DNA of 64,000 bases from Eledone cirrhosa. Its lineage: Eukaryota. The DNA lies in contig OZ024743.1 in assembly GCA_964016885.1 (NCBI GenBank), positions 47,368,001 to 47,432,000 of the forward strand, written 5' to 3'. A program made the translations under genes and the position numbers. The stretch's first letter is position 1; each line of letters starts with the position of its first letter. Shown here in pieces: positions 50,806 to 64,000 of this stretch. Under the pieces are notes generated by a model. That model searched no databases and had not been told where the DNA came from. It saw only the letters and a program-made list of their open reading frames with translations.

Positions 50806-53800
50806 TGATGCCTAACATAGCAACGGTCTTTTGGTGATTTATAATATACTTACGGACATAGGATGCCTAACATAGGAATGGTCTTTTAGTGATTTATAAT
50901 ATACTTACGGACATAGTATGCCTAATATAGGAATGGTCTTTTGCTGATTTATAATATACTTACGGACATAGGATGCCTAACATAGGAATGGTCTTTTGCT
51001 ACTTACGGACATAGGATGCCTAAAATAGCAACGGTCTTTTGGTGATTTATAATATACTTACGGACATAGGATGCCTAAAATAGCAACGGTCTTTTGGTGA
51101 TTTATAATATACTTACGGACATAGGATGCCTAACATAGCAACGGTCTTTTGGTGATTTATAATATACTTACGGACATAGGATGCCTGACATAGGAATGGT
51201 CTTTTGGTGATTTATAATATACTTACGGACATAGGATGCCTAACATAGCAACGGTCTTTTGGTGATTTATAATAAACTTACGGACATTAGGATGCCTAAC
51301 ATAGGAATGGTCTTTTGGTGATTTATAATATACTTACGGACATAGGATGCCTAACATAGCAACGGTCTTTTGGTGATTTATAATATACTTACGGACATAG
51401 GATGCCTAACATAGGAATGGTCTTTTAGTGATTTATAATATACTTACGGACATAGGATGCCTAATATAGGAATGGTCTTTTGCTGATTTATAATATACTT
51501 ACGGACATAGGATGCCTGACATAGGAATGGTCTTTTGGTGATTTATAATATACTTACGGACATAGGATGCCTAACATAGGAATGGTCTTTTGGTGATTTA
51601 TAATATACTTACGGACATAGGATGCCTAATATAGCAACGGTCTTTTGGTGATTTATAATATACTTACGGACATAGGATGCCTAATATAGCAACGGTCTTT
51701 TGGTGATTTATAATATACTTACGGACATAGGATGCCTAACATAGGAATGGTCTTTTGGTGATTTATAATATACTTACGGACATAGGATGCCTAATATAGG
51801 AATGGTCTTTTGCTGATTTATAATATACTTACGGACATAGGATGCCTAATATAGGAATGGTCTTTTGCTGATTTATAATATACTTACGGACATAGGATGC
51901 CTAATATAGCAACGGTCTTTTGCTGATTTATAATATACTTACGGACATAGGATGCCTAATATAGGAATGGTCTTTTGGTGATATATAATATACTTACGGA
52001 CATAGGATGCCTAATATAGGAATGGTCTTTTGCTGATTTATAATATACTTACGGACATAGGATGCCTAATATAGCAACGGTCTTTTGCTGATTTATAATA
52101 TACTTACGGACATAGGATGCCTGACATAGGAACGGTCTTTTGCTGATTTATAATATAATTACGGACATAGGATGCCTAATATAGCAACGGTCTTTTGGTG
52201 ATTTATAATATACTTACAGACATAGGATGCCTAATATAGCAACGGTCTTTTGGTGATTTATAATATACTTACGGACATAGGATGCCTAACATAGCAACGG
52301 TCTTTTGCTGATTTATAATATACTTACGGACATAGGATGCCTAACATTAGGAATGGTCTTTTGGTGATTTATAATATACTTACGGACATAGGATGCCTAA
52401 CATAGCAACGGTCTTTTGCTGATTTATAATATACTTACAGACATAGGATGCCTAATATAGCAACGGTCTTTTGGTGATTTATAATATACTTACGGACATA
52501 GGATGCCTAACATAGGAATGGTCTTTTGGTGATTTATAATATACTTACGGACATAGGATGCCTAATATAGCAATGGTCTTTTGGTGATTTATAATATACT
52601 TACGGACATAGGATGCCTAATATAGCAACGGTCTTTTGGTGATTTATAATATACTTACGGACATAGGATGCCTAATATAGCAACGGTCTTTTGCTGATTT
52701 ATAATATACTTACGGACATAGGATGCCTAACATAGGAATGGACTTTTGGTGATTTATAATATACTTACAGACATAGGATGCCTAATATAGCAACGGTCTT
52801 TTGCTGATTTATAATATACTTACGGACATAGGATGCCTAACATAGGAATGGTCTTTTGGTGATTTATAATATACTTACGGACATAGGATGCCTAATATAG
52901 GAATGGTCTTTTGCTGATTTATAATATACTTACGGACATAGGATGCCTAATATAGCAACGGTCTTTTGCTGATTTATAATATACTTACGGACATAGGATG
53001 CCTAATATAGCAACGGTCTTTTGGTGATTTATAATATACTTACAGACATAGGATGCCTAATATAGCAACGGTCTTTTGCTGATTTATAATATACTTACGG
53101 ACATAGGATGCCTAATATAGCAACGGTCTTTTGCTGATTTATAATATACTTACGGACATAGGATGCCTGACATAGGAATGGTCTTTTGGTGATTTATAAT
53201 ATACTTACGGACATAGGATGCCTAATATAGCAACGGTCTTTTGGTGATTTATAATATACTTACGGACATAGGATGCCTAACATAGGAATGGTCTTTTGGT
53301 GATTTATAATATACTTACGGACATAGGATGCCTAATATAGGAATGGTCTTTTGCTGATTTATAATATACTTACGGACATAGGATGCCTAATATAGGAATG
53401 GTCTTTTGGTGATTTATAATATACTTACGGACATAGGATGCCTAATATAGCAACGGTCTTTTGCTGATTTATAATATACTTACGGACATAGGATGCCTAA
53501 TATAGGAATGGTCTTTTGGTGATATATAATATACTTACGGACATAGGATGCCTAATATAGGAATGGTCTTTTGCTGATTTATAATATACTTACGGACATA
53601 GGATGCCTAATATAGCAACGGTCTTTTGCTGATTTATAATATACTTACGGACATAGGATGCCTGACATAGGAACGGTCTTTTGGTGATTTATAATATACT
53701 TACAGACATAGGATGCCTAATATAGCAACGGTCTTTTGGTGATTTATAATATACTTACGGACATAGGATGCCTAACATAGGAATGGTCTTTTGGTGATTT

Positions 53801-55800
53801 ATAATATACTTACGGACATAGGATGCCTAACATAGCAACGGTCTTTTGCTGATTTATAATATACTTACAGACATAGGATGCCTAATATAGCAACGGTCTT
53901 TTGGTGATTTATAATATACTTACAGACATAGGATGCCTAATATAGCAACGGTCTTTTGCTGATTTATAATATACTTACGGACATAGGATGCCTAATATAG
54001 CAACGGTCTTTTGCTGATTTATAATATACTTACGGACATAGGATGCCTGACATAGGAATGGTCTTTTGGTGATTTATAATATACTTACGGACATAGGATG
54101 CCTAACATAGGAATGGTCTTTTGGTGATTTATAATATACTTACGGACATAGGATGCCTAACATAGGAATGGTCTTTTGCTGATTTATAATATACTTACGG
54201 ACATAGGATGCCTAATATAGGAATGGTCTTTTGCTGATTTATAATATACTTACGGACATAGGATGCCTAATATAGGAATGGTCTTTTAGTGATTTATAAT
54301 ATACTTACGGACATAGGATGCCTGACATAGAAATGGTCTTTTGCTGATTTATAATATACTTACAGACATAGGATGCCTAACATAGAAATGGTCTTTTGTT
54401 GATTTATAATATACTTACGGACATAGGATGCCTGACATAGGAATGGTCTTTTGGTGATTTATAATATACTTACGGACATAGGATGCCTAACGTAGGAATG
54501 GTCTTTTGCTGATTTATAATATACTTACAGACATAGGATGCCTAACATAGGAATGGTCTTTTGGTGATTTATAATATACTTACGGACATAGGATGCCTAA
54601 CATAGGAATGGTCTTTTGGTGATTTATAATATACTTACGGACATAGGATGCCTGACATAGGAATGGTCTTTTGGTGATTTATAATATACTTACGGACATA
54701 GGATGCCTAATATAGCAATGGTCTTTTGGTGATTTATAATATACTTACGGACATAGGATGCCTAATATAGCAACGGTCTTTTGGTGATTTATAATATACT
54801 TACGGACATAGGATGCCTGACATAGGAATGGTCTTTTGGTGATTTATAATATACTTACGGACATAGGATGCCTAATATAGCAATGGTCTTTTGGTGATTT
54901 ATAATATACTTACGGACATAGGATGCCTAATATAGCAACGGTCTTTTGGTGATTTATAATATACTTACGGACATAGGATGCCTGACATAGGAATGGTCTT
55001 TTGGTGATTTATAATATACTTACGGACATAGGATGCCTAATATAGCAATGGTCTTTTGGTGATTTATAATATACTTACGGACATAGGATGCCTAATATAG
55101 CAACGGTCTTTTGGTGATTTATAATATACTTACGGACATAGGATGCCTGACATAGGAATGGTCTTTTGGTGATTTATAATATACTTACGGACATAGGATG
55201 CCTAATATAGCAACGGTCTTTTGGTGATTTATAATATACTTACGGACATAGGATGCCTAACATAGGAATGGTCTTTTGGTGATTTATAATATACTTACGG
55301 ACATAAGATGCCTAATATAGCAATGGTCTTTTGGTGATTTATAATATACTTACGGACATAGGATGCCTAACATAGGAATGGTCTTTTGGTGATTTATAAT
55401 ATACTTACGGACATAGGATGCCTAACATAGGAATGGTCATTTGCTGATTTATAATATACTTACGGACATAGGATGCCTAACATAGGAATGGTCTTTTGCT
55501 GATTCATAATATACTTACGGACATAGGATGCCTAATATAGCAATGGTCATTTGCTGATTTATAATATACTTACGGACATAGGATGCCTAATATAGCAATG
55601 GTCTTTTGGTGGTTTATAATATACTTACGGACATAGGATGCCTAACATAGGAATGGTCATTTGCTGATTTATAATATACTTACGGACATAGGATGCCTAA
55701 CATAGGAATGGTCTTTTGCTGATTCATAATATACTTACGGACATAGGATGCCTAACATAGGAATGGTCTTTTGGTGATTTATAATATACTTACGGACATA
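50806..55800. repeat. 55-bp satellite/minisatellite array, about 91 copies
   Basis: Unit GGATGCCTAA[C/T]ATAG[G/C]AA[T/C]GGTCTTTTG[G/C]TGATTTATAATATACTTACGGACATA; period 55 (e.g. 52501 and 52556). Confidence 0.98.
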
Positions 55801-55924
55801 ATAACTATTTTTGTTTTTAAGTTTATTCTCCATGTCATCCCTTCTATTTTCCAAATTCAAATATGTCCAAGGTTAACTTTCCGGTGTCGATTAAATAAAG
55901 TTCCAATGAAGTACAAATTAAGTA

Positions 55925-56240
55925 AGGGCCACTTTTCAGTCATGACTGTCCATGGGTTACACACACATGACTGGGTGATGGTAGGTTTGCCTCACCGGGG
56001 TACAAGCCTCAACAGGATATTTTGTGGAAGACAAACAGTCGCCTTTGCATGCAAGCCTCCCCTCTTCATCAATGTTGTCCAAGGCAAAGGAAAAATCCGA
56101 TACAGCGTGGCCCCAGTGTTTTCGCAACTCATTTTCTTTTTTAGCTGAGAGGACTGGAGCAACGGGAAATAAAATGTCTTGCTCAAGAACACAACGCGCC
56201 GCTCGACCCGGAAATTGAATTCACGACCACTAACCTAACC
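55925..56240 (-). mobile_element. CORE-like SINE (family C relative)
   Basis: Minus: TTCTTGAGCAAGACATTTTATTTCCCGTTGCTCCAGT..CTCAGCT. Confidence 0.65.
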
Positions 56241-56244
56241 CTTC

Positions 56245-56940
56245 AAGTACTGGGATCGATATGATCGACTAATTCCTCTTCTCCCTAAACATTGCTGGCC
56301 TTGTGCTTACAACCAAGGGCAGTGAGTTGCCAAAATTGATAAAACGTCAGATAAAATGTTCTTTAGTATTTGTTCCGCTTCTTTTCGTTTGTGAGTTCAA
56401 ATCCCACTGAGGTGAACTTTGCCTTTCATCCTTCCGAGATAAAATAAAGTATCAGTTACATACTAGGGTCGATATAATTGACTACCCCAATTTTAGGTTT
56501 TCTGTCTATATTAAACGCAATTATCATTATTCCGTAGAGAGGTAAATTGGCAGAATCGTTAGAGCGTTGAACGAAATGTTTGGTGGTATCGAGTTCGAAT
56601 CCCACCGAGGTCAACTTTGCTTAAAATAAAGTACCAGTAAAATACTATAGGGGGTTTAATCGACTTCCCCTCTACACAAATTGTTGGCCCTGTTCCTACA
56701 TTAGAAATCATTGTTAGCGGTAGTAGTAGCATTCCGTTTCAACATGCTGGTCTTATTGTGGATTGGCTGTATCGGTAGAGGGTCGGACGCCATGCTTTCC
56801 AGCATAGTTACGTCCCTTTACGGTCTGAGTTCGAATCCCGCCAAGGTTAACTTTGCCTTTCATCCTTACGGGGTCGATAAGATAAAGTACCAGTAATGTA
56901 CTGGGTAATTGCTGGCCTGTGCCAATAGTAGAAACAATCA
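56245..56940 (+). mobile_element. Tandem cluster of 3-4 SINE family A copies
   Basis: Repeated GAGTTC.AATCCC.CC.AGG..AACTTTGC and AATAAAGTACCAG. Confidence 0.8.
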
Positions 56941-57030
56941 TTATAGTGAGAAACAGGGAGAGAGGAATTGACTAAGGATTTCTCAAATGTTTTCCTTGTT
57001 TGTGTTTCAAGAAATCTACTGCAGTATTCG

Positions 57031-57232
57031 AGCTGTTCCTGGGCTGTTCCTACCATTGCTATCATCTGAAGCTGTTCCTGGGCTGTTCCTACCATTGCTA
57101 TCATCTGAAGCTGTTCCTGGGCTGTTCCTACCATTGCTATCATCTGAAGCTGTTCCTGGGCTGTTCCTACCATTGCTATCATCTGAACATGTTCCTGGGC
57201 TGTTCCTACCATTGCTATCATCTGAACATGTT
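57031..57232. repeat. 39-bp minisatellite, about 5 copies
   Basis: Unit AGCTGTTCCTGGGCTGTTCCTACCATTGCTATCATCTGA. Confidence 0.95.
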
Positions 57233-57800
57233 CTCTACAGATCTCATTTACAAATTTCACAATTCATTTTCTTATTTTACCACTAATGATATGACTTCAA
57301 CAATTTTTATGCCACACATTTTGTAGATATCTTTTTTAATACCACACAATCTTTACCGTGTCCTTCTCATATACTCTGGTGAGGCTACATCAATCATCCA
57401 GAACATTTTCCCCGCTTTTTTTCAACAATATGAAGTCTTAATATCCCAATGTAGCTTCAAGTCTTCTGACTCTACCATTGAGTCCGACTGGAGGAGATGA
57501 AGGTAGTAGGAGTTATGGTGGTGAGGGTGGTAGGGGTTGTGGTGGTGACGGTGGTAGGAGTGGGTATGATGAGGGGGTGGTAGGAGTGGGGTGATGGGGT
57601 ATGATGGCGTTCTTCATGATGATGACAATAATGATGATCATGATAGGATGGTGACACAGTCGTTTGGCATTTCTAATGTTTAAATATTCACTTATGGCTG
57701 TTTAAATATGCGTATATATATATATATATATACATACACAAATATACCCATATATATATATATATATATAATCATATGTATATGAATATATATCTATATA

Positions 57801-57852
<52 letters not shown>

Positions 57853-58023
57853 GTGTGTGAGTATGTATGTATATGTGTGTGTATATATATATATATGGGT
57901 ATAATTTCCGGTTGTTAACTATTTCAGGAAATGGGTATATGTATATGTAGTACATCTTTTGATAAATGACATCTTTTATCCTAACTCCCTCGCTTTCTTC
58001 CCCCTCTCTCGCTCTCTATCTCC

Positions 58024-58089
<66 letters not shown>

Positions 58090-58290
58090 CTCGCTCTCTC
58101 TCTCGCTCTCTCTCTCTCTCGCCCTCTATCGCTCTCTATCGCTCTCTCTCTCTCTCTATCTATCTAAATATATATATATATAGTGACAGAGAGAGAGAGA
58201 GACAGACAGAGAGAAAGAGTGATGTACACGTATATATATATATGTGTATATGTGTGTATGTATGTATATACAGATATATGTATGTATATA

Positions 58291-58357
<67 letters not shown>

Positions 58358-58917
58358 TGTGCTGTGTTTGACCACATCTGTAGATGATCATAGTGATACT
58401 AAAGGTCATTTCTACTAAATTTCCCCTCGTTGATTGGCAGGTTTCTACGATAGGCCTCCATCTACGGAATAGAGGGGCGGGGGGGACAAAAATTATCCAG
58501 ATATTCAGTAGAATGACCCATGTGTCAGGGAAGGTCCAAGAAATAAAAAGGCTGGGGTCGGAGTGACGAGATAGACACTTTGATTGGTTTGGCAGAGGAT
58601 ATACGGGGTTTTAATCTGAAGGAAGTCAAGGAAAATTAAATGAGAGGGGGTCTGGACATACGAGTTAATGGGCTATACCCGGCGAACCACTAGATTGGGT
58701 AATGTTCGGCCATTATTGACCTGTGGGGCTATCTTGGGCTGCTGTTGTAGCCTTTAGGACAGATCCGTCTATTGGTCAGATCCATCGTGAAGATTGTTCC
58801 ATCGCTCTCTTTTAACTGGAATGAGCGGGAAGTTTTCCTCTGAAGGACCTGTTGAGGACCAAGTTGAGAGGATTGAGGACCGACCCTTGTCTCTTCGGTT
58901 AAGTTAATTTTATAAAA

Positions 58918-59027
<110 letters not shown>

Positions 59028-59059
59028 ATCTAGTATGTAACTGTTGGAAGGAAAAGAGT

Positions 59060-59190
59060 TAGAGCAGCATTGGACTAGCACTTTTTATCGACCCCAAAAG
59101 GATGAAAGGTAAATTGGACCCTCAGGATTTGAACTCAGAACGCAGAAACCGGGAACAAATATTCACCGACCTCACAACTCTGCCAAATCG
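59060..59190 (-). mobile_element. SINE family A (diverged)
   Basis: TTTTATCGACCCCAAAAGGATGAAAGG...GGATTTGAACTCAG. Confidence 0.65.
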
Positions 59191-59289
59191 ATGGACAAAG
59201 TTAATTGAGACTCTAGTGAATTTCAACTAAAAAAAAAGCCCTGTAAGAGATCAATAGTATGGCAAAAATCAATATTGGTGGCCACAGAG

Positions 59290-59920
59290 CAGCTTGTCAT
59301 ACAATTCCAAGGGCTCCCGCTAACACAGACTGACAAGCCCAAGTACCTGGGCTCCATTATTCACCAAACAGCGGGACAGCAGTCAGAAACTCAAGGTTTG
59401 ATGCAAGTAGAGCAGCCCTGAGGACATTCAGTACAATATGTAGAGATCGCGTCCTCAGCAAAAGCATCAAGCTGAAACCTCTAAAAACCGAGGTAGCGTT
59501 ACATGGCTATGACCCCAATGTTGGCTGGCACCAAATAAATGAGGGCGTTCGAGATGACGAGCTACAGAAGTGTTCTGTCGATTTGTGGGTGACTTGTAGA
59601 AAGAACGATTCGATCCCGGAGGAGATGGGATTGGAACGAAATTTATTGACGATTGCCATGAATCGAACGAAAATTGTAATATTTTGAATACGTTATTAGG
59701 GCCCAGAATATCTGTGCCCACATACTCGAGGGCTGGTGGACAAAAATGAAGATGGAGTGCAGACATCAAGGACTTGATATGGAAGACCTTGACAGGGAGT
59801 ACGGCTGCAGCACAAAATGGCACAAAACCGCACAAAACGGCACAAAGCGGCACTGTGTGGCGAAGAGTGACGGTTGTATCTGAAGCCCTTGACCTTCGAC
59901 CATGAGGATGGGATTTTACT
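59290..59920 (+). mobile_element. RTE-like LINE 3' fragment (highly decayed)
   Basis: KYLGSII remnant at 59341; ILEG.V...W..DIK remnant near 59720-59775. Confidence 0.5.
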
Positions 59921-60373
59921 CATATATATAAATGTATGTATATATGGTTGTATATATATATATATAGATATATATGGTGGCTGCCAACTCGTTTTCGAGT
60001 ACGGCCACTACTTTATATCCATGTCGGAGAACCCCTACTGATGCGCTGAACGAGTGTGACTTTTTAGTCCAGCCAGCGACTTGAAAACTCTGGTACAAAC
60101 ACTACATTTTTGACAATTATTGACACATAGTGCTGGGCCCATGGTACCATGTGACGACAAGTGCAGAAAGATCTCCAGATATAAAGCAATGCCTGTGCCG
60201 TGAAGCTTTTATAGTGAGAAAAGGCACTGCACAAAGTCAGTCCCACTCTCTTAACCAAGATATTTACCAAAACCAAAAAGAACAAGTCAACATCATTGAA
60301 TACCATCAGGGTTGCAGGTGCTATATCAGAGTTTTCCTTCTCCTAGAATTCTGCCTTAACAAAGGCTAAGGGG

Positions 60374-60419
<46 letters not shown>

Positions 60420-60445
60420 TCACTCACGCACACACACATACACAC

Positions 60446-60477
<32 letters not shown>

Positions 60478-61174
60478 CATAGGGAGATGGGGTAATTTAA
60501 CGGATGTATGGTTTTATAAAGAAAGAAAGAAAGAAAGAGAGAGAGAAAGAAGGAAAGAATACACACTTATTTAGAGTCGTGTATCAGGGGACATAATTAC
60601 GTATTGATATTGTTTTTAAGAGAGAATTCTGAGCTAGGAATAGAAACTGGTTTCAATTAAATATGTAAAACTTGTGTTTTCTAAACACAAAGGAATTGGT
60701 TTCAGTACTTGGTTTTTGATTCTTTTATTAATTCCTTTTTGTATTTGTTTGTTTCTGCATATTATTTCCAGTTTTATCCTGTAATTTAATAACATTTTTT
60801 TTTACTTCCTTGATGAACGAGTTCTTTCCGGAAAGCCTATCAGATTATGCTGTTATGTATTGATAAGTAAGATCTGTGGAATGTGGTCCGCCTGAAGGGA
60901 TTAAATGAATGCCAATATTATCCTTAATTGTTGCCTTGATACTCTCGACTAAATTACCACTGCATCAGCCACAGTAGTCGCTACACGTGTGGTAGGATCT
61001 GTTTTTAATATTGTTGGCTTTGAAAAAATAAACTCATCTTATATATCAACATAAGAATGTTTTTTTGTATATTTTTAGGGAACTTTTACATGCTAGAAAT
61101 AACATGAAAGTATCCCTCAAATCATGCACGCAAAAAAACAGAAGAATGGTCGGGTCTATGACTGAAAAACTCCT

Positions 61175-61905
61175 TTGTGTTAGTGTCGTGATAAACTCCC
61201 CCATCACACTCTGTAAAGGGGTTGATGTTAGGGAGGGCATCCAGCCGTAGACATGTCAAAAGGGTTGAGAAGATGTTCCAATCACGACACTGTGTCAAAG
61301 ACATGAAACCTCCCTAATGTTGGGGATCTACATGATAAACACGCCCAGTAAACTTTGTAATATGGTTGGTGATAGGAAGGGCATGCAGTTGTATAAAACC
61401 TGCCAAACAGAAAATCGGGAGTACTCTTTAGCTGTGTCAAAACTATGACACTCTTCTTGGTGCTGATGCCACGATAAAATACACTCTGTAGAATGCGAGA
61501 ACGTATATAAGCGAGATGTGGGTCACCAGTATATCTGCGGGATCAGTTGTAGTTGTTATTACAGCTCACACCTATGCAGGTTTAGCTGGCCTCCTCCAAG
61601 GTATATCTCGTTGGAGGTGTCTTGGGTAATTTAATGATAGGGACCCCAGTCCTATCATCTCATTTCTACAGCTGAGTAAACTGGAGCAACGTGAAATAAA
61701 GTGTCTTGCTCAAGGAAACAACACATCACCCGGTCCGAGAATTGAACTCACAATCTTTCGATTGCAAGCCCAATGCTCTAACCCCTAAGCCATGCGCCTT
61801 CACTAGGATCAGTAAATCCGATTGAATAGTGACATGATCTGTGACGACCCGTCCAACCCTCGTTATCAGGGAAAATGGACACTAAATGATGATGACGATG
61901 ATGAT
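61175..61905 (+). mobile_element. Family B repeat cluster, interrupted by a family C SINE
   Basis: GTTAGGGAGGGCATCCAGCCGTAGA..., tail GGAAAATGGACACTAAATGATGATG. Confidence 0.65.
61577..61803 (-). mobile_element. tRNA-derived CORE-like SINE (family C)
   Basis: Near-identical to 48821-49047. Confidence 0.85.
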
Positions 61906-62029
61906 ATTCAATAATGTAGTTTGAGATATACAAAAGACGAGATGGTCATAGTTGGATTGCATTTGATCATAGGTCTACTTAATCATGTCTGACTCGCAGC
62001 TAAACAATAAGGTAGGTATGTTGGAGTGT

Positions 62030-62655
62030 CCGTTAAACTCACCGCGGGGAAATTTCATTGTCAGACAATCCCACCGACGATAACTTTGCCTTTCACTTTC
62101 CGGAGTTGATAAAATAAAGTACCAGCCAAGTACTGGGGGTCGATATAATCCACTGTCTCCTCCCTTTCTCCCAAATTGCTGGCCTTGTGCCAATGTTAAA
62201 AACATATTATTATTAGGATTGGCAGTATCGGTAGAGGGTCTGACGCCATGCTTTTCAGCATAGAGTTACGGCCCTTTACGGTCTGAGTTCAAATCCCACA
62301 GAGGTTAACTTTGCCTTTCATCCTTACGGGGTCGATAAAATAAAGCACCAGTAATACACTGGGTCGATTTAATCGACTTTCGCCTCCCTTTCAAATTGCT
62401 GGCCTTGTGCCTATAGTAGAAATCATTCTTTGAGGGTGGTGGATTGGCAGAATCAGTAGAGTGTCGGACAACATGCTTTGCGGCATCGAGTTAAGGCTCT
62501 TTACGTTCTGACTTCAAATCCCGCCGAGGTTAACTTTGCCTTTCATCCTAACGGGGTCGATAAAATAAAGTACCAGTAATGCACCGGGGTCGATTTAACC
62601 GACTTTCCCCTCCCCCAAAAAATTTGCTGGCCTTGTGCCTAAATCAGAAACCATT
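62030..62655 (+). mobile_element. Three tandem SINE family A copies
   Basis: Three successive CTTTGCCTTTCA...GATAAAATAAAG.ACCAG...TTGCTGGCCTTGTGCC units. Confidence 0.88.
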
Positions 62656-62659
62656 GTTA

Positions 62660-62960
62660 TTGGTCCCCTTCTTGCCTATTGGCCCATGATTTCAAGACAT
62701 CTCCACTTAGTATTATCCTTTGCTATTTTGGGTGCAGTCTGGCAGGACAGCTCCCTGCGTGTTTCACATTTTCTCTATGGTTCGATACTGCAGCACTTTT
62801 GGTCTACTCCGTGTTTTTCTTTCCTGTTGGTTCCCAGTAAAGAAATGTGTTCCATGGCGGGAGGTAAGTCATGCGAAAAACATGCATAAGCCATTTCCGT
62901 TGACTCGCCTCTATTAAGTCATGCATGCTCATTATTGCTGTTCACTCACAGTATTTTGTT
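62660..62960 (-). mobile_element. RTE-like 3' fragment (decayed)
   Basis: Minus: RKWL.HV.RM...P....LYWEPTGK...IAKD..KW. Confidence 0.55.
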
Positions 62961-62975
62961 ACAGTTATTTAAAGT

Positions 62976-63578
62976 TCATCCTCATCGTCATCATTATCGT
63001 CATCGTCATCATCATCATCATCATCGTCATCATCATCGTCATCGTCATCATCATCGTCATCATCATCATCGTCATCATCGTCATCATCATCGTCATCGTC
63101 ATCATCATCATCATCATCGTCATCATCATCATCGTCATCGTCATCATCATCGTCATCGTCATCATCATCATCATCATCGTCATCATCATCGTCATCGTCA
63201 TCATCATCATCATCATCGTCATCATCATCATCGTCATCGTCATCATCATCGTCATCGTCATCATCATCATCATCATCGTCATCATCATCGTCATCGTCAT
63301 CATCATCATCATCATCGTCATCATCATCATCGTCATCGTCATCATCATCGTCATCGTCATCATCATCATCATCATCGTCATCATCATCGTCATCCTCATC
63401 GTCATCATCATCGTCATCATCATCATCGTCATCGTCATCATCATCGTCATCCTCATCGTCATCATCATCGTCATCATCATCATCGTCATCATCATCATCA
63501 TCATCATCATCATCGTCATCATCATCATCATCATCATCGTCATCATCGTCATCATCATCGTCATCGTCATCATCATCG

Positions 63579-63611
<33 letters not shown>

Positions 63612-63671
63612 CCATCACCATCATCATCATCGTCATCATCGTCATCATCATCGTCATCGTCATCATCATCG

Positions 63672-63739
<68 letters not shown>

Positions 63740-63855
63740 GTCATCATCGTCATCATCATCGTCATCGTCATCATCACCATCACCATCACCATCACCATCA
63801 CCGTCACCGTCACCGTCACCGTCGTCGTCGTCGTCATCGTCATTGTCGTCGTCAC

Positions 63856-63890
<35 letters not shown>

Positions 63891-63918
63891 GCACCATCAT
63901 CATCATCATCATCATCAT
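62976..63918. repeat. About 940-bp (CAT/CGT)n trinucleotide tract: expanded retroelement tail
   Basis: Abuts TTAACGCCCGTTTTCCCTGCTAGCAAG, the RTE/family B 3' end on the minus strand. Confidence 0.93.
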
Positions 63919-64000
63919 TTAACGCCCGTTTTCCCTGCTAGCAAGTGTTGGACTGGTCGTCACAGACTAAATGAGTACTCGGGAGAAGCTACTGATCTCT

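Noticed and set aside
50806-55800. CRISPR-like appearance of the regular array
   Set aside because: No unique spacers, no cas genes, eukaryotic context; it is a head-to-tail tandem repeat
58400-58900. Non-repetitive, moderately GC-rich stretch as possible exon or TE fragment
   Set aside because: No interpretable ORF or motif; left unassigned
60800-60850. TTGATGA...GGAAA as a hammerhead
   Set aside because: Core C3 missing and no stem I; at best a remnant
62921-63922. Poly-Ile/Val and poly-Met/Thr ORFs
   Set aside because: Translations of the (CAT/CGT)n tail

Overview
AT-rich, microsatellite-saturated animal genomic DNA. The SINE/RTE repertoire and (TA)n/(CA)n/(CATA)n load suggest a coleoid cephalopod such as Octopus (inference, no search run). 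Most of the ORF track is microsatellite noise. The one clearly intact host gene is an intronless, minus-strand EB1/MAPRE-like ORF (39794-41110) with two tandem EB-type CH domains and a degenerate EB-homology C-terminus. A probable signal-peptide first exon of another gene lies at 21047-21137. The rest is transposon debris: Penelope-like elements (PLEs) with seven hammerhead ribozyme motifs (five with intact cores, two decayed; two show clear stem covariation), a full-length Tx1-clade LINE plus two fragments all inside (TCTA)n, R4/Dong-like RLE LINEs associated with (CATA)n, CRE, RTE (one with a twin-priming 5' inversion), CR1- and Ingi/Vingi-like fragments, a Helitron helicase fragment, MITEs, tRNA-derived SINE families, two 5S pseudogenes and a 5-kb 55-bp satellite. 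Boundaries of decayed repeats are approximate, and all family calls come from motif recognition by eye.
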